From Candidatus Binatia bacterium (GTDB taxonomy: Bacteria; Desulfobacterota; Binatia; Bin18), in NCBI GenBank assembly GCA_963664395.2, contig OY761159.2, positions 4,736,001 to 4,800,000 on the forward strand: 64,000 bases of DNA. Direction: 5' to 3'. Positions 18,713 through 28,385 of the stretch are shown one piece after another. The position numbers were made by a program, and so were the translations under genes. The stretch's first letter is position 1. Each line of letters opens with the position of its first letter. The notes under the pieces are model-generated. The model made no database searches. It was not told where the DNA came from and worked only from the letters and a program-made list of their open reading frames with translations.

Positions 18713-20273
18713 ACGGATCGACTTGGCCGGTCTGGTATAGGACACGCAGGGTGTCCGGAAGAGTGTCAATAACGTCGCGCGCCAGCATACCCGCCTCACC
18801 ATGCTGTTGGGCAAAGATATCGGCGGCAGCACCGTGCAGAAACACGCCGAGACAACACGCCTCGTCAGGAGCATACCCTTGGGCCAGCAAGCCACCGATA
18901 ATGCCGGACAAGACATCACCCATTCCACCACTGGCCATACCGGGATTCCCGGTCGGGTTGAGCCAGGTACGGCCGTCAGGGGCAGCGATAATGCTACGGG
19001 CGCCCTTGAGGACGAGGTAACAACCGTACCGAGTTGCAAAACTGCGAGCGACATCCAGGCGATTGGCTTGAATGTCTGTGGTCGGCATGGCGGCGAGCCG
19101 AGACATTTCTCCTGGGTGGGGAGTGAGCACGACCGGCACCGTGGCCGTTTTCAGCATGGCCACCTGAGAGGCAACACAGTTCAGCCCATCGGCATCTATC
19201 AGAAGGGGCACCTGACTCTTTTTGAGTAGCCAGCGTGCCATACGTTTCGTTTCAACAGATACGCCGATGCCAGGTCCAAAAGCGACGGCGCTTTTCCCAT
19301 TCAGAGCTTGGCTTAATACACGCTCATCCAGTTTCAGGCTCCCATCCGCACGCTCGGGCTGAGGGGCAGTCATGGCTTCAAGCAAAACGGAAGAAAATAC
19401 TGGAACGAGTCCTTGTGGACCGGCTAACGTGACCAGTCCGGTTCCGGTCCGTAAGGCGGCAGAGGCGCTTAATAAGGCCGCGCCGCTTTTGCCGCGCGCG
19501 CCGGCAAGGACAAGCAAGTGGCCAAAATCTCCCTTATGCGATTCGGGGTGACGCACGCGTATCTGCCTCCCCACTTCGTGTCGTGTCAACAAGTGCGTTT
19601 GGGGCGCAACCTCGGTCAGCGCTTGCGGGGCAATCCCGATATCGACACAGGCGAGTTGTCCGACATGCGCCGTCCCAGGATAGAGCACCTGACCGAGCTT
19701 GGGATAGCCAAATGTCACCGTCACCGCCGCCTCAACAACACGCCCTCCGGGCTGTCCGGAATCGGCATTCAAACCGGACGGAATATCTACTGACACGATG
19801 GGAACGCCGCGGGCATTCATGCCGGCGATAAGCGCGGCATGAATGCCCGTCACTGCGGTATTCAGTCCAGTCCCAAGAAGGGCGTCAACGATCACCTCAC
19901 ACCGTTCCAGTCGTTTCTCGGCAGCGGGCAACTGCTCAATTGATATGACTTCTTCCACTTGCCCTCTCAGCCGTAAGAACGCCTGCAAATTCCGCTTGGC
20001 ATCGCCGCGCACATCTTTCTTTTTGGCAGCAAGAATCACCGCACACGCTATTCCCTGCTTTTTCAGCAACCGCGCAATAACAAAACCGTCGCCACCATTA
20101 TTGCCTTTGCCAGCGACCACGACAGCCCGGTTGGGCCTCTGCTGAAAAAAATCGAGCAGGACCTGCGTCGCCCCGATGCCGGCACGTTCCATCAGGACAT
20201 GGCCGGGGGTACCATATTTCTCGATTGTGAGCCGATCAAGCTCACGCATCTGAGCGGCGGTGACGAGATACAT
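18681..20273 (-). CDS. nnr: bifunctional NAD(P)HX epimerase/dehydratase
   Basis: LMERAG, GKGNNGGDG, DIPSG, HKGDFG, DADGLN, TPHPGE, GMGDVLSG. Confidence 0.96.
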   Translation of the reverse strand: MYLVTAAQMRELDRLTIEKYGTPGHVLMERAGIGATQVLLDFFQQRPNRAVVVAGKGNNGGDGFVIARLLKKQGIACAVILAAKKKDVRGDAKRNLQAFLRLRGQVEEVISIEQLPAAEKRLERCEVIVDALLGTGLNTAVTGIHAALIAGMNARGVPIVSVDIPSGLNADSGQPGGRVVEAAVTVTFGYPKLGQVLYPGTAHVGQLACVDIGIAPQALTEVAPQTHLLTRHEVGRQIRVRHPESHKGDFGHLLVLAGARGKSGAALLSASAALRTGTGLVTLAGPQGLVPVFSSVLLEAMTAPQPERADGSLKLDERVLSQALNGKSAVAFGPGIGVSVETKRMARWLLKKSQVPLLIDADGLNCVASQVAMLKTATVPVVLTPHPGEMSRLAAMPTTDIQANRLDVARSFATRYGCYLVLKGARSIIAAPDGRTWLNPTGNPGMASGGMGDVLSGIIGGLLAQGYAPDEACCLGVFLHGAAADIFAQQHGEAGMLARDVIDTLPDTLRVLYQTGQVDPYAAYYSDILG

Positions 20274-20285
20274 GGGACTCTGCGC

Positions 20286-21671
20286 TTAGGCAGCCTCACC
20301 TGTTCCAAGGTGGGTCCGCACGGCGTCGGCGACTTCCTCGCCATAGGCGCGTACAACGCTTTCGTCTTCACCTTCCACCATGACCCGTAGCAACGGCTCA
20401 GTACCGGAATAGCGGACTAAGAGACGGCCGTTCTCACCCAGTTTGTCAGTGACCTGCCGCATCACTTGTGACACCGGTTCGATTGTGTGTAAATCCTGTC
20501 GTTCTCGGACGCGAACGTTAATGAGTACTTGGGGATAGCGCCGCACGAGTTGTCGGAGCTCTGAGAGTGGCTGCTGCTTCTGGACGAGAATCGCGAGCAG
20601 AGAAAGAAAGGTGACAATGCCATCGCCCGTTGTATTCATATCCAAGAAGATAATATGTCCGGATTGTTCGCCACCGAGGCGATATCCCCCGCGGAGCATC
20701 TCTTCGACAACATACCGGTCACCAACTGGGGTTCGGACCAGTTTGCCACCCATCTGACGCAGCGCAACCTCAAGGCCCAGATTGCTCATCACGGTAGCCA
20801 CTACCGTCTTGTGGGGCAGCGTGCTCTTCTGTATGCGCTCTTGGGCGGCAATAGCCAGAATGGCATCTCCATCAACGATTTCTCCGGTCTCGTCAACAAG
20901 AATGGCGCGGTCCGCGTCTCCGTCCAGGCTGATGCCGATATGGGCGCCGTGCTTACGGACAAGCTGCTGGACATGCTGTGGATACATCGCGCCGCAGTCG
21001 AGGTTGATATTTTTACCATTCGGCTCTGTCCCTCTCGTAATCACCTCAGCCCCAAGCTCGGCTAACACATCTGGAGCGACTTTATAGGCAGCCCCATTGG
21101 CACAGTCGATCACGACCTTTATGCCGTCCAGCGTGAGATGGCGCGGAAAGGCATTTTTCACAAACACGTTATAGCGGCCAAGGGCATCATCAATGCGGAC
21201 CGCTTTTCCGACGGACTCGGCTGTGGGACGCCCGTCGTCAGTTTTGTGACTCAGAACCAACTCGGCGATCTGATCCTCCACTGCATCAGGCAGCTTGAGC
21301 CCATCGCGTGAGAATATTTTGATGCCATTATCCTGGAACGGATTATGCGAGGCAGAAATGACTACACCAGCATCCGCTCTCAGGCTGCGGGTGAGAAAGG
21401 CTATTCCTGGTGTTGGCACCGGGCCAACGAGCAGGACATCTCCGCCCATAGAGCACACGCCGGACGCGAGTGCCGTCTCCAGCATATAGCCTGATAAGCG
21501 GGTATCTTTGCCTATGAGGATTTTGTGCTGACCGGGACGGTCCCGGAAGACGGAGGTTAATGCTCGACCAACGCGGAGGGCGGTGTCCGACGTAATCGGC
21601 TCAATATTGGCCACACCGCGAATCCCGTCCGTACCGAATAGCCTCGTTTTCCGTGCTCCATTGAGCGGCAT
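20286..21671 (-). CDS. glmM: phosphoglucosamine mutase
   Basis: [34 protein letters not shown]. Confidence 0.97.
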   Translation of the reverse strand: MPLNGARKTRLFGTDGIRGVANIEPITSDTALRVGRALTSVFRDRPGQHKILIGKDTRLSGYMLETALASGVCSMGGDVLLVGPVPTPGIAFLTRSLRADAGVVISASHNPFQDNGIKIFSRDGLKLPDAVEDQIAELVLSHKTDDGRPTAESVGKAVRIDDALGRYNVFVKNAFPRHLTLDGIKVVIDCANGAAYKVAPDVLAELGAEVITRGTEPNGKNINLDCGAMYPQHVQQLVRKHGAHIGISLDGDADRAILVDETGEIVDGDAILAIAAQERIQKSTLPHKTVVATVMSNLGLEVALRQMGGKLVRTPVGDRYVVEEMLRGGYRLGGEQSGHIIFLDMNTTGDGIVTFLSLLAILVQKQQPLSELRQLVRRYPQVLINVRVRERQDLHTIEPVSQVMRQVTDKLGENGRLLVRYSGTEPLLRVMVEGEDESVVRAYGEEVADAVRTHLGTGEAA

Positions 21672-21846
21672 TCTGATGCTCCTCTCCTACAAAAAACTGG
21701 TGACGCCGCTGTCAAAAAGAAAAAAGGAGGAGGGTCTGCATTGCGGTGTACCCTTTTTGCCGCCTACCCTTTATTAGTACCGTCAATCAAGCGCCGAATG
21801 CGTTGGAATGCGCGGAGGGGAAAGTCTGGACGACTGACTACGCTGA

Positions 21847-23670
21847 CTACGCGCCTGTGGGCTCTGGGTCAATTTCAACGTTGAATTGTTTCAGTATCCC
21901 GTCGATCTCGGGTCCGTCCAAGGCTTCTTTTTCCAGCAGGACTTCAGCTATCTTGTGCAAAATTTCAACATGCGTCTGGAGCAGCTCCTTTGCCTGTTCA
22001 AAGGCGCCCTTAATAATGTTGCGGACCTCAGTATCGATCTCAATGGCCGTATTTTCAGAATAGTCTCTGGGCTGGGTGATATCCCGTCCCAAGAATATCT
22101 GTTCTTCCTTTTTCCCAAAAGTCATGGGACCAAGACGTTCGCTCATGCCCCACTCGCATACCATGCGTCGAGCCAAGTCAGTCGCCTTTTCAAGATCGTC
22201 CCCAGCCCCGGTTGTGGTATGACCAAGGACCAGCTCTTCAGCCACGCGACCGCCAAACATGATGGCCAGGCGTTTCAAAATATAATCTTTTGAAAAGGTG
22301 TGGCGATCATCAACGGGAAGCTGTTGAGTCACGCCCAAAGCCATACCGCGCGGAATGATCGTGACCTTATGAACCGGGTCTGTCCCCGGAGTTAATCGGG
22401 CAACCAAGGCATGGCCGGCCTCGTGGTAGGCCGTATTGCGTCGCTCATCAAGGCTGAGAATCATACTTCGGCGTTCGGCGCCCATGAGGACCTTATCCTT
22501 GGACAGCTCGAAGTCATCCATTTCGACTTTATCTTTATCTTTGCGAGCCGCCAGCAGCGCGGCCTCATTCACCAGGTTTTCAAGGTCAGCGCCTGAAAAT
22601 CCCGGTGTTCCCCGAGCGAGTTGGGAGACGTCAACCTTGTCATCCATGGGTACACGCCGCGTATGGACGTTGAGGATTTCCTCTCGACCTCGGACGTCCG
22701 GTGAAGGAACAATAACACGCCGGTCAAATCGTCCAGGGCGCAGCAATGCCGGGTCAAGGACGTCCGGACGGTTGGTCGCCGCGATCAGAATCACGCCCTC
22801 GTTCGCTTCAAAACCATCCATCTCCACAAGGAGTTGGTTTAAGGTCTGCTCGCGTTCATCGTGCCCGCCACCGAGGCCGGCACCTCGATGGCGCCCGACC
22901 GCATCAATCTCATCAATAAAGATGATACACGGCGCTTGCTTTTTCCCTTGAATGAAGAGATCGCGGACGCGCGAGGCCCCGACCCCAACAAACATCTCAA
23001 CAAAGTCAGAGCCACTGATCGAGAAGAACGGGACACTCGCTTCTCCGGCAATCGCCCGGGCGAGTAAGGTTTTCCCGGTTCCGGGTGAACCAACCAACAA
23101 CACCCCTTTGGGGATGCGCCCCCCCAAACGCGTGAACTTTTTGGGGTCTTTGAGAAAGGCGATAATTTCTTCAAGCTCTTGTTTAGGCTCTTCCACGCCC
23201 GCAACATCACTGAAAGTGACTCGATGTTGATTTTCCGTCAGGAGTTTGGCCCGGCTCTTCCCAAAAGACATCGCCTTGCCACCGCCCATTTGCATCTGGC
23301 GCATAAAGAAGATCCAGACTCCGATGAGGAGCAACATCGGAAACCACTGAATCAGGATGGTGATATACCAGGGATCGCCTTCTTCCGGGCGCGCCGCCAC
23401 CCGTACCCCCTTGTCGCGCAGCGTTCGCATGAGATCGGGGTCGTCGCTGGGAGCGTAGGTCTTAAAGAGGTCATCATTGCGAAATCTCCCGCGAATGACC
23501 TGGCCCTGAATGACGATCTCAGAGACTTCACCTTTTTCTACTGCCGTAAAAAAGTCGCTAAAGACAACGTCGGGTTCTCTGGGTTTCTGGCGATTGAACA
23601 GATTGAACATGAACAGAAATATCACCCCGAGAACCAACCATAGTGCGAGATTAGAAGAAACCTTATTCAC
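21847..23670 (-). CDS. ftsH: ATP-dependent zinc metalloprotease FtsH
   Basis: Two TM segments, [26 protein letters not shown]; start placed at GTG 23670 (ORF extends to 23685). Confidence 0.97.
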   Translation of the reverse strand: MNKVSSNLALWLVLGVIFLFMFNLFNRQKPREPDVVFSDFFTAVEKGEVSEIVIQGQVIRGRFRNDDLFKTYAPSDDPDLMRTLRDKGVRVAARPEEGDPWYITILIQWFPMLLLIGVWIFFMRQMQMGGGKAMSFGKSRAKLLTENQHRVTFSDVAGVEEPKQELEEIIAFLKDPKKFTRLGGRIPKGVLLVGSPGTGKTLLARAIAGEASVPFFSISGSDFVEMFVGVGASRVRDLFIQGKKQAPCIIFIDEIDAVGRHRGAGLGGGHDEREQTLNQLLVEMDGFEANEGVILIAATNRPDVLDPALLRPGRFDRRVIVPSPDVRGREEILNVHTRRVPMDDKVDVSQLARGTPGFSGADLENLVNEAALLAARKDKDKVEMDDFELSKDKVLMGAERRSMILSLDERRNTAYHEAGHALVARLTPGTDPVHKVTIIPRGMALGVTQQLPVDDRHTFSKDYILKRLAIMFGGRVAEELVLGHTTTGAGDDLEKATDLARRMVCEWGMSERLGPMTFGKKEEQIFLGRDITQPRDYSENTAIEIDTEVRNIIKGAFEQAKELLQTHVEILHKIAEVLLEKEALDGPEIDGILKQFNVEIDPEPTGA

Positions 23671-23712
23671 TCCGTCACCTTTCACCTGTGCGGATCTACC
23701 GTACCATAGTTC

Positions 23713-25098
23713 CTAATCGACCGGCAACGGGTTGACATGCAGCCGGTAGACTCGCCGGGTAGCCACCGTCACGGTTGCAATATTGCCTCTGACACAACCT
23801 GGGATCCACGCAATCTCACCATTAATTTCGACCACAGGAAATCCTGGACGGAGCGATTGTGGAATTTTTGTATCAACAAAGACATCCTGGACTTTCTTAT
23901 GTCCTCGCATACCTAAGGGGTGAATACGATCCCCTGCACGGGAATTTCGTACAATACACTTGTACTCCGTGCTGGAGATATCGCAATCGAAGCAGGCGGA
24001 CCAGAGATCCGAACACCGAGCCGCACTCAGATCGCCTTTCCATTCGAGGGCGGAAGAAACGGTCAGGTTCCACCGGGAAGCTAATCGCCAGCTCTGCCCA
24101 GCCTGCAAGGCATACTGGTAGCCTCGCTCCGTTCCCCCTCCTGGTCGTTGGGTCTGGAGAATCAGACGCGGCCCCTCACGAACGACGGACTTCCGGCCTG
24201 GAAGCTGAACCGTACCCTGGATTTTTCCTTCACTTAATTCTCTCAAACGGAGCAGGTGGGCAGTCTTCACATCCTGCACGTGTCCCTCAACCCACTGGCG
24301 GAGAATGCGCAGCCGTACTGCTGAGGGCTCTTTGTTCAATGTGAGGAGAGACAAGGTGTCGTCCTGTTCTGTGAGACGCGGGCGGGCGCGTGTGGCCAGT
24401 CCTTCGAGCCAGTCCTCCTCTTCTCGTGTTGTCTCAGCCAAAGAAGCCAGATGACGACGGATTTGCGGAGAAAATTCCTGTTCCAAAAAAGGCAGGAGGA
24501 TGTGTCGAATCTTATTCCGCGTAAAGCGCACCTCAGCGTTACTTGGATCTGTGACATAGGACAGCTTCTTTTCCTTTGTATAGACCTCGATTTCACGTCG
24601 TGAGCAATTGAGCAAAGGCCGGATCAGCCATTCTTCTCTTAGAGGTGGAATGCCGGCCAATCCCCGCCGAGCGCTCCCACGTATGATATGAAAGAGTACT
24701 GTCTCGGCTTGATCATCTAAGGTATGTGCTGTGGCAACGTAGTCGAGAGGCATGTCCTCTCGACTACGTTGAAAAAAAGCATAGCGGGCCTCCCGCGCCC
24801 AGGCCTCAAGACCGGTCTGCGGACGCGGAGGCTGGAGCTTTTCGACCCTAAGCGGCACCTGCCATTCCTGACACAAGGCTTGCACCAAGGCTTGCTCCCC
24901 CTCAGATTCGGGACGGAGACCATGATTGACGTGAAGCGCGGTCAGGCGATACCCCCGCAACGGAGCAATCGCTATCAGGGCGGAGAGCAGCGCTACTGAA
25001 TCAGGGCCACCGGAACATGCCACTCCAATACGCCGCCCGGACGTGTCCGGTAACATTTTTTGGAGAGAAGCCCAAAGCTTGTGCTCAAGGTGCAGCAT
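23713..25098 (-). CDS. tilS: tRNA(Ile)-lysidine synthetase
   Basis: SGGPDS PP-loop, HVNHGLR, AHTLDDQAET, IRPLL, DPSN...RNKIR, TilS_C domain. Confidence 0.96.
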   Translation of the reverse strand: MLHLEHKLWASLQKMLPDTSGRRIGVACSGGPDSVALLSALIAIAPLRGYRLTALHVNHGLRPESEGEQALVQALCQEWQVPLRVEKLQPPRPQTGLEAWAREARYAFFQRSREDMPLDYVATAHTLDDQAETVLFHIIRGSARRGLAGIPPLREEWLIRPLLNCSRREIEVYTKEKKLSYVTDPSNAEVRFTRNKIRHILLPFLEQEFSPQIRRHLASLAETTREEEDWLEGLATRARPRLTEQDDTLSLLTLNKEPSAVRLRILRQWVEGHVQDVKTAHLLRLRELSEGKIQGTVQLPGRKSVVREGPRLILQTQRPGGGTERGYQYALQAGQSWRLASRWNLTVSSALEWKGDLSAARCSDLWSACFDCDISSTEYKCIVRNSRAGDRIHPLGMRGHKKVQDVFVDTKIPQSLRPGFPVVEINGEIAWIPGCVRGNIATVTVATRRVYRLHVNPLPVD

Positions 25099-25109
25099 GC
25101 GTCTGAAAT

Positions 25110-25140
25110 AAAAAAGGCGCTCCTATGGAACGCCCTTTTG
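25110..25140 (-). terminator. intrinsic terminator after tRNA-Met and the small ORF
   Basis: Minus strand GGCGTTCC-ATA-GGAGCGCC followed by TTTTTT. Confidence 0.75.
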
Positions 25141-25181
25141 TGTCGGTCTCTCAATCACAGTCTATTCAGTTGGCCTGTTCT

Positions 25182-25289
25182 CTACCCATCGCCCTTTGAA
25201 TTCCGCAGCACTACGGCGACGCTAGAAACGAGCGCAAAGAGCACGCCAATCCCCGCTATTATCTGCATAAATATCGCGAGTGGGTCCAT
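25182..25289 (-). CDS. 35-aa single-pass membrane microprotein (below the ORF-track cutoff)
   Basis: AGGAG-6 nt-ATG; MDPLAIFMQIIAGIGVLFALVSSVAVVLRNSKGDG*; followed by a terminator. Confidence 0.65.
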   Translation of the reverse strand: MDPLAIFMQIIAGIGVLFALVSSVAVVLRNSKGDG

Positions 25290-25346
25290 GTCAAACTCCT
25301 TATTGACGGCATTTTCTCCAGCCGCCGCTTTGGGATCGATACAGCG

Positions 25347-25420
25347 TAGCGGCGGGCGGACTTGAACCGCCGACCTAGGGATTATGAGACCCTCGCTCTA
25401 GCCACCTGAGCTACGCCGCC
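25347..25420 (-). tRNA. tRNA-Met (CAT), probably elongator
   Basis: GGCGGCGTAGCTCAGGTGGCTAGAGC GAGGGTCT-CAT-AATCCCT AGGTCGGCGGTTCAAGTCCGCC CGCCGCTA; CCA not encoded. Confidence 0.93.
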
Positions 25421-25493
25421 ACGAAGTGTTAAACCCGGCAGTTCAGGGAAAGTCAAGAGCAGGCCCAAACATGTGAGGAGGCCGAGCACGCTT

Positions 25494-26216
25494 TCACTTC
25501 TTCTTCCAATACTCACTCACATCGGTCATCACTACCCGTTGGCTGCCACGTTCAATCTGGAAGAGCTTTTTCTCCGTGATTTCCAGACAGGTCAATTTTC
25601 CGCCATAGACGAGGCCGGTATCAATCCCGATTTTATACGGGAGGTCAAAACCAACTTCTCGTTGGGGGGTATGCCCGAAGACCACCGTATACGGCAGATC
25701 GTGCGGGTGAGCAAAAAAAGCCTCACGAATCCACAGCATATCTTCCGCTCCCTGGTCCTCCAGGCTGTAGCCTGGATTGATCCCGGCATGCACACATAAA
25801 ATAGCCTCGGCCGGCAGATAAAGCTGAAGATTCAGAAAAAAATCTCGATGGGCGTCGGGCATGAGCGCCGCAACCTCGCGGCCCGGAGTCCATGGATCAC
25901 ACTGATAGCTGGCAAGGGTATGTTGTCCGCCGTTCATCAGGAAGGACTGGCCGTATAAGCCGTCATAGCCCAAAAAGTCGAGAAACATATCTTCGTGATT
26001 GCCTTTGAGAAACGTGCAGTGACACACCTCAGCCGTCTTCATCCCCAAGAGCAGATCAACAACGGCCTTGGCATTCGGCCCACGGTCAATATAGTCACCC
26101 AAGCACACTAGGTGGTCTTCGGGCTGTAACGACAGCGCGGTGAGGAGGGTCTCAAGTTCCGCTGGACAGGCATGGATATCACCCACAATACAAAATCGAC
26201 CGGGTGGCTCGACCAC
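25494..26216 (-). CDS. metallophosphoesterase (PPP-like Ser/Thr protein phosphatase family)
   Basis: GDIH, LGDYIDRG, GNHE, HAG, GHTP, IDTG motifs. Confidence 0.92.
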   Translation of the reverse strand: MVEPPGRFCIVGDIHACPAELETLLTALSLQPEDHLVCLGDYIDRGPNAKAVVDLLLGMKTAEVCHCTFLKGNHEDMFLDFLGYDGLYGQSFLMNGGQHTLASYQCDPWTPGREVAALMPDAHRDFFLNLQLYLPAEAILCVHAGINPGYSLEDQGAEDMLWIREAFFAHPHDLPYTVVFGHTPQREVGFDLPYKIGIDTGLVYGGKLTCLEITEKKLFQIERGSQRVVMTDVSEYWKKK

Positions 26217-26227
26217 AGCACCTCCTT

Positions 26228-26998
26228 CTATCGTCCAATGTAGACAGGGTCGCGTTTCTCACGAAACGCGCGAATACCTTCTTTCACATCCTCGGACTGG
26301 AGCAGTTTTCGCTGCGCTGCCATTTCAGCGGTCAGCACGTCTCCCAGGCCGGCTCCCAAAGCAGCATGTATGGACGATTTGATCGCCGCGAGTGCCAGGG
26401 GAGCATTCTTTGCTAAACGCGTGGCATATTCCGAGACCTGCTCTCGAAAATTGTTTCCCGTGAGAATGCGGTTTACCAATCCCATATTGGCCGCTTCCGC
26501 CGCATCGACCATATCTCCGCTGAGGGCTATCTCCATGCCGCGCAGGCCGACCAGACGAGGGAGGAAATAGCTTGCACCACCGTCAATCGTCAGTCCACGT
26601 TTCACAAAAATCAGGGAAAAACGCGCAGACGGCGAAGCCAAACGGATATCAGAAGCCAACGCCAATGAGCAGCCGTATCCGGTGGCAACCCCGTCAACTG
26701 CTGCAATCACAGGTTTGGGCAGATTCCAGATCGTACGAATCACTGCGTTAAAGCCGTCCTCGGTCAGTTCTTCCCCGGGAGTTGTCGGACGTGAGGGAGC
26801 AGCCAGTAAATCCGCGCCGGATGAAAAGGCACCGCCGGCCCCAGTCAACACAACGAGGCGGGTATCATCCCCTGCGCTTTCGGCCAACGCGGCCTTCAGG
26901 GCATAGATGGTATCCCGGTCAAGCGCGTTCCGACGCTCGGGCCGATTGATCGTGAGCCAGCGGACTTGGTGGTATTCTTCGTTCAAGACAACATCCAT
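26228..26998 (-). CDS. enoyl-CoA hydratase/isomerase family protein
   Basis: INRPERRNAL, AFSSGADL, KPVIAAVDG, EGIRAFREKR. Confidence 0.92.
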   Translation of the reverse strand: MDVVLNEEYHQVRWLTINRPERRNALDRDTIYALKAALAESAGDDTRLVVLTGAGGAFSSGADLLAAPSRPTTPGEELTEDGFNAVIRTIWNLPKPVIAAVDGVATGYGCSLALASDIRLASPSARFSLIFVKRGLTIDGGASYFLPRLVGLRGMEIALSGDMVDAAEAANMGLVNRILTGNNFREQVSEYATRLAKNAPLALAAIKSSIHAALGAGLGDVLTAEMAAQRKLLQSEDVKEGIRAFREKRDPVYIGR

Positions 26999-27644
26999 TG
27001 TCTACAACCTCCAGGCGTGCCTCAAAAATTGAGGCCACATTCTCGATAACAGCCTGCTCTACAGTGGGAAAAGCTATAGGTAGACTGCACTCCTGTTTTA
27101 AGCTGGTCACTCCCCTATCGGCAAGGCCACAGGGTACGATGTCTGTAAACGGCTGCAAATCAAGATCAACATTGAGCGCGAATCCATGAAAAGAGACACG
27201 GCGGCGGACAGCAATGCCGACCGCACCAATTTTTTTCTCGCCAACCCACACTCCAGGATATCCGGCCTGGCGGCTCGTTTGGACTCCAAAGTGGAGACAT
27301 ATCTGTCGCATGACCTCTTCAAGCTGCGTAATAAAACGTCGTATCCCATATTTATGTAACAAGGAAGAAAAGACCGGATACGCAACAAGCTGACCTGGCG
27401 CGTGATAGGTCGCGCCCCCGCCCCGGTCTGTATACTCTACGCTCAAACCTTTCTCGCGGAGCTGCGCGGCTGAAAGCTTTACCTGCTCACAAGGCCGGCG
27501 GTAACCGAGTGTGATCACGGGCTGATGCTGAGTCAGCAAGAGAACGTTTGTCCACTGGGCAACACACCACGCGTGCCAGCGTCGTTGCACTTGAAGTGCC
27601 TGGGAATATGTGGTCAGGCCCAGATTCACGCACTGAACGTTCAT
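26919..27644 (-). CDS. lipB: octanoyltransferase LipB
   Basis: HQPVITLG, DRGGGATYHAPGQLVAYP, KIGAVG, HGFALN, IVPCG. Confidence 0.93.
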   Translation of the reverse strand: MNVQCVNLGLTTYSQALQVQRRWHAWCVAQWTNVLLLTQHQPVITLGYRRPCEQVKLSAAQLREKGLSVEYTDRGGGATYHAPGQLVAYPVFSSLLHKYGIRRFITQLEEVMRQICLHFGVQTSRQAGYPGVWVGEKKIGAVGIAVRRRVSFHGFALNVDLDLQPFTDIVPCGLADRGVTSLKQECSLPIAFPTVEQAVIENVASIFEARLEVVDNGCCLERRIPPSPLAHDQSARASERA

Positions 27645-27832
27645 ACGCCTCGTATCGAATCGGCCACTGTTACGATCATTCACGCGCGTTAGCTCTCTTT
27701 ATCTCTTGCTTTATCTCTTCAGAAGACACCGTTAGGGGAAGTGCGCCCTGCGGCCATCTCCTTCACTTGCGCCGTCCTTACGCAGTCTTGACCCTATGTT
27801 CCTCAGGTGGTAGCGCAGGAATTGAATTCGAT

Positions 27833-28183
27833 ATGCTTACTGTCTCCTCGTTGTTTCGAAATACGCTTTTCGTTGCGGGCATTGTCCTGGTCGCTCTCGG
27901 CATAGGCAACACTATTGTTGCACACTTCAAAGTACGGGAGTACCAGAGCGCCCTGGCCCGTACACCCCCTCCGGTTGCGGCCGAGCAAACGTTCGGGCAA
28001 AACACCCGGCTGCACCACTTCTCGAGTGAAGCCTGGAGCCGACACGCCCTCAACCAAGCCAAACTTGACTTCTACCACCTGCTGCACAACGTCGGTTGGC
28101 TCATGCTGTGTATCGGCCTGCTGTGTACGATTATGGCGGTTCATCGCCAGCGCTATCGGCAGCCCCGCTGGATGTCGCCCTAG
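27833..28183 (+). CDS. hypothetical two-TM membrane protein
   Basis: MLTVSSLFRNTLFVAGIVLVALGIGN...VGWLMLCIGLLCTIMAV; start re-assigned to ATG 27833. Confidence 0.6.
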   Translation: MLTVSSLFRNTLFVAGIVLVALGIGNTIVAHFKVREYQSALARTPPPVAAEQTFGQNTRLHHFSSEAWSRHALNQAKLDFYHLLHNVGWLMLCIGLLCTIMAVHRQRYRQPRWMSP

Positions 28184-28325
28184 ACCCGGCATCCACCCTT
28201 TTTTGTCCGCCTCCGCGTGAAGCGGCAAGAGTCCCATGATAGCCCGCTGATAGCCCGCCCCGGACCCGTTTGAACCGCCCCGCTCCCAATATCACGAAAA
28301 AGTGAGATTGTAGCGATTACCCATG

Positions 28326-28354
28326 TTGACATTCCCCCCCCGCTCTACTAGTGT
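28326..28354 (+). promoter_or_regulatory. sigma70-type promoter of the cof operon with a C8 tract in the spacer
   Basis: TTGACA-ttccccccccgctctac (17 nt)-TAGTGT. Confidence 0.6.
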
Positions 28355-28385
28355 CGCAAAGGCATTTCAGCATGGGGGATATCGG

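Noticed and set aside
25347-25420. tRNA(CAT) beside tilS as its substrate tRNA-Ile2
   Set aside because: The acceptor stem GGCGGCG/CGCCGCT-A resembles elongator tRNA-Met and lacks the C4-G69/C5-G68 pairs used by E. coli TilS. An isotype-specific model would settle it.
26919-26998. 80-bp lipB/enoyl-CoA hydratase overlap as a frameshift or fusion
   Set aside because: Both proteins are complete, the hydratase has its own GGAGG RBS, and the LipB tail looks like simple read-through extension.
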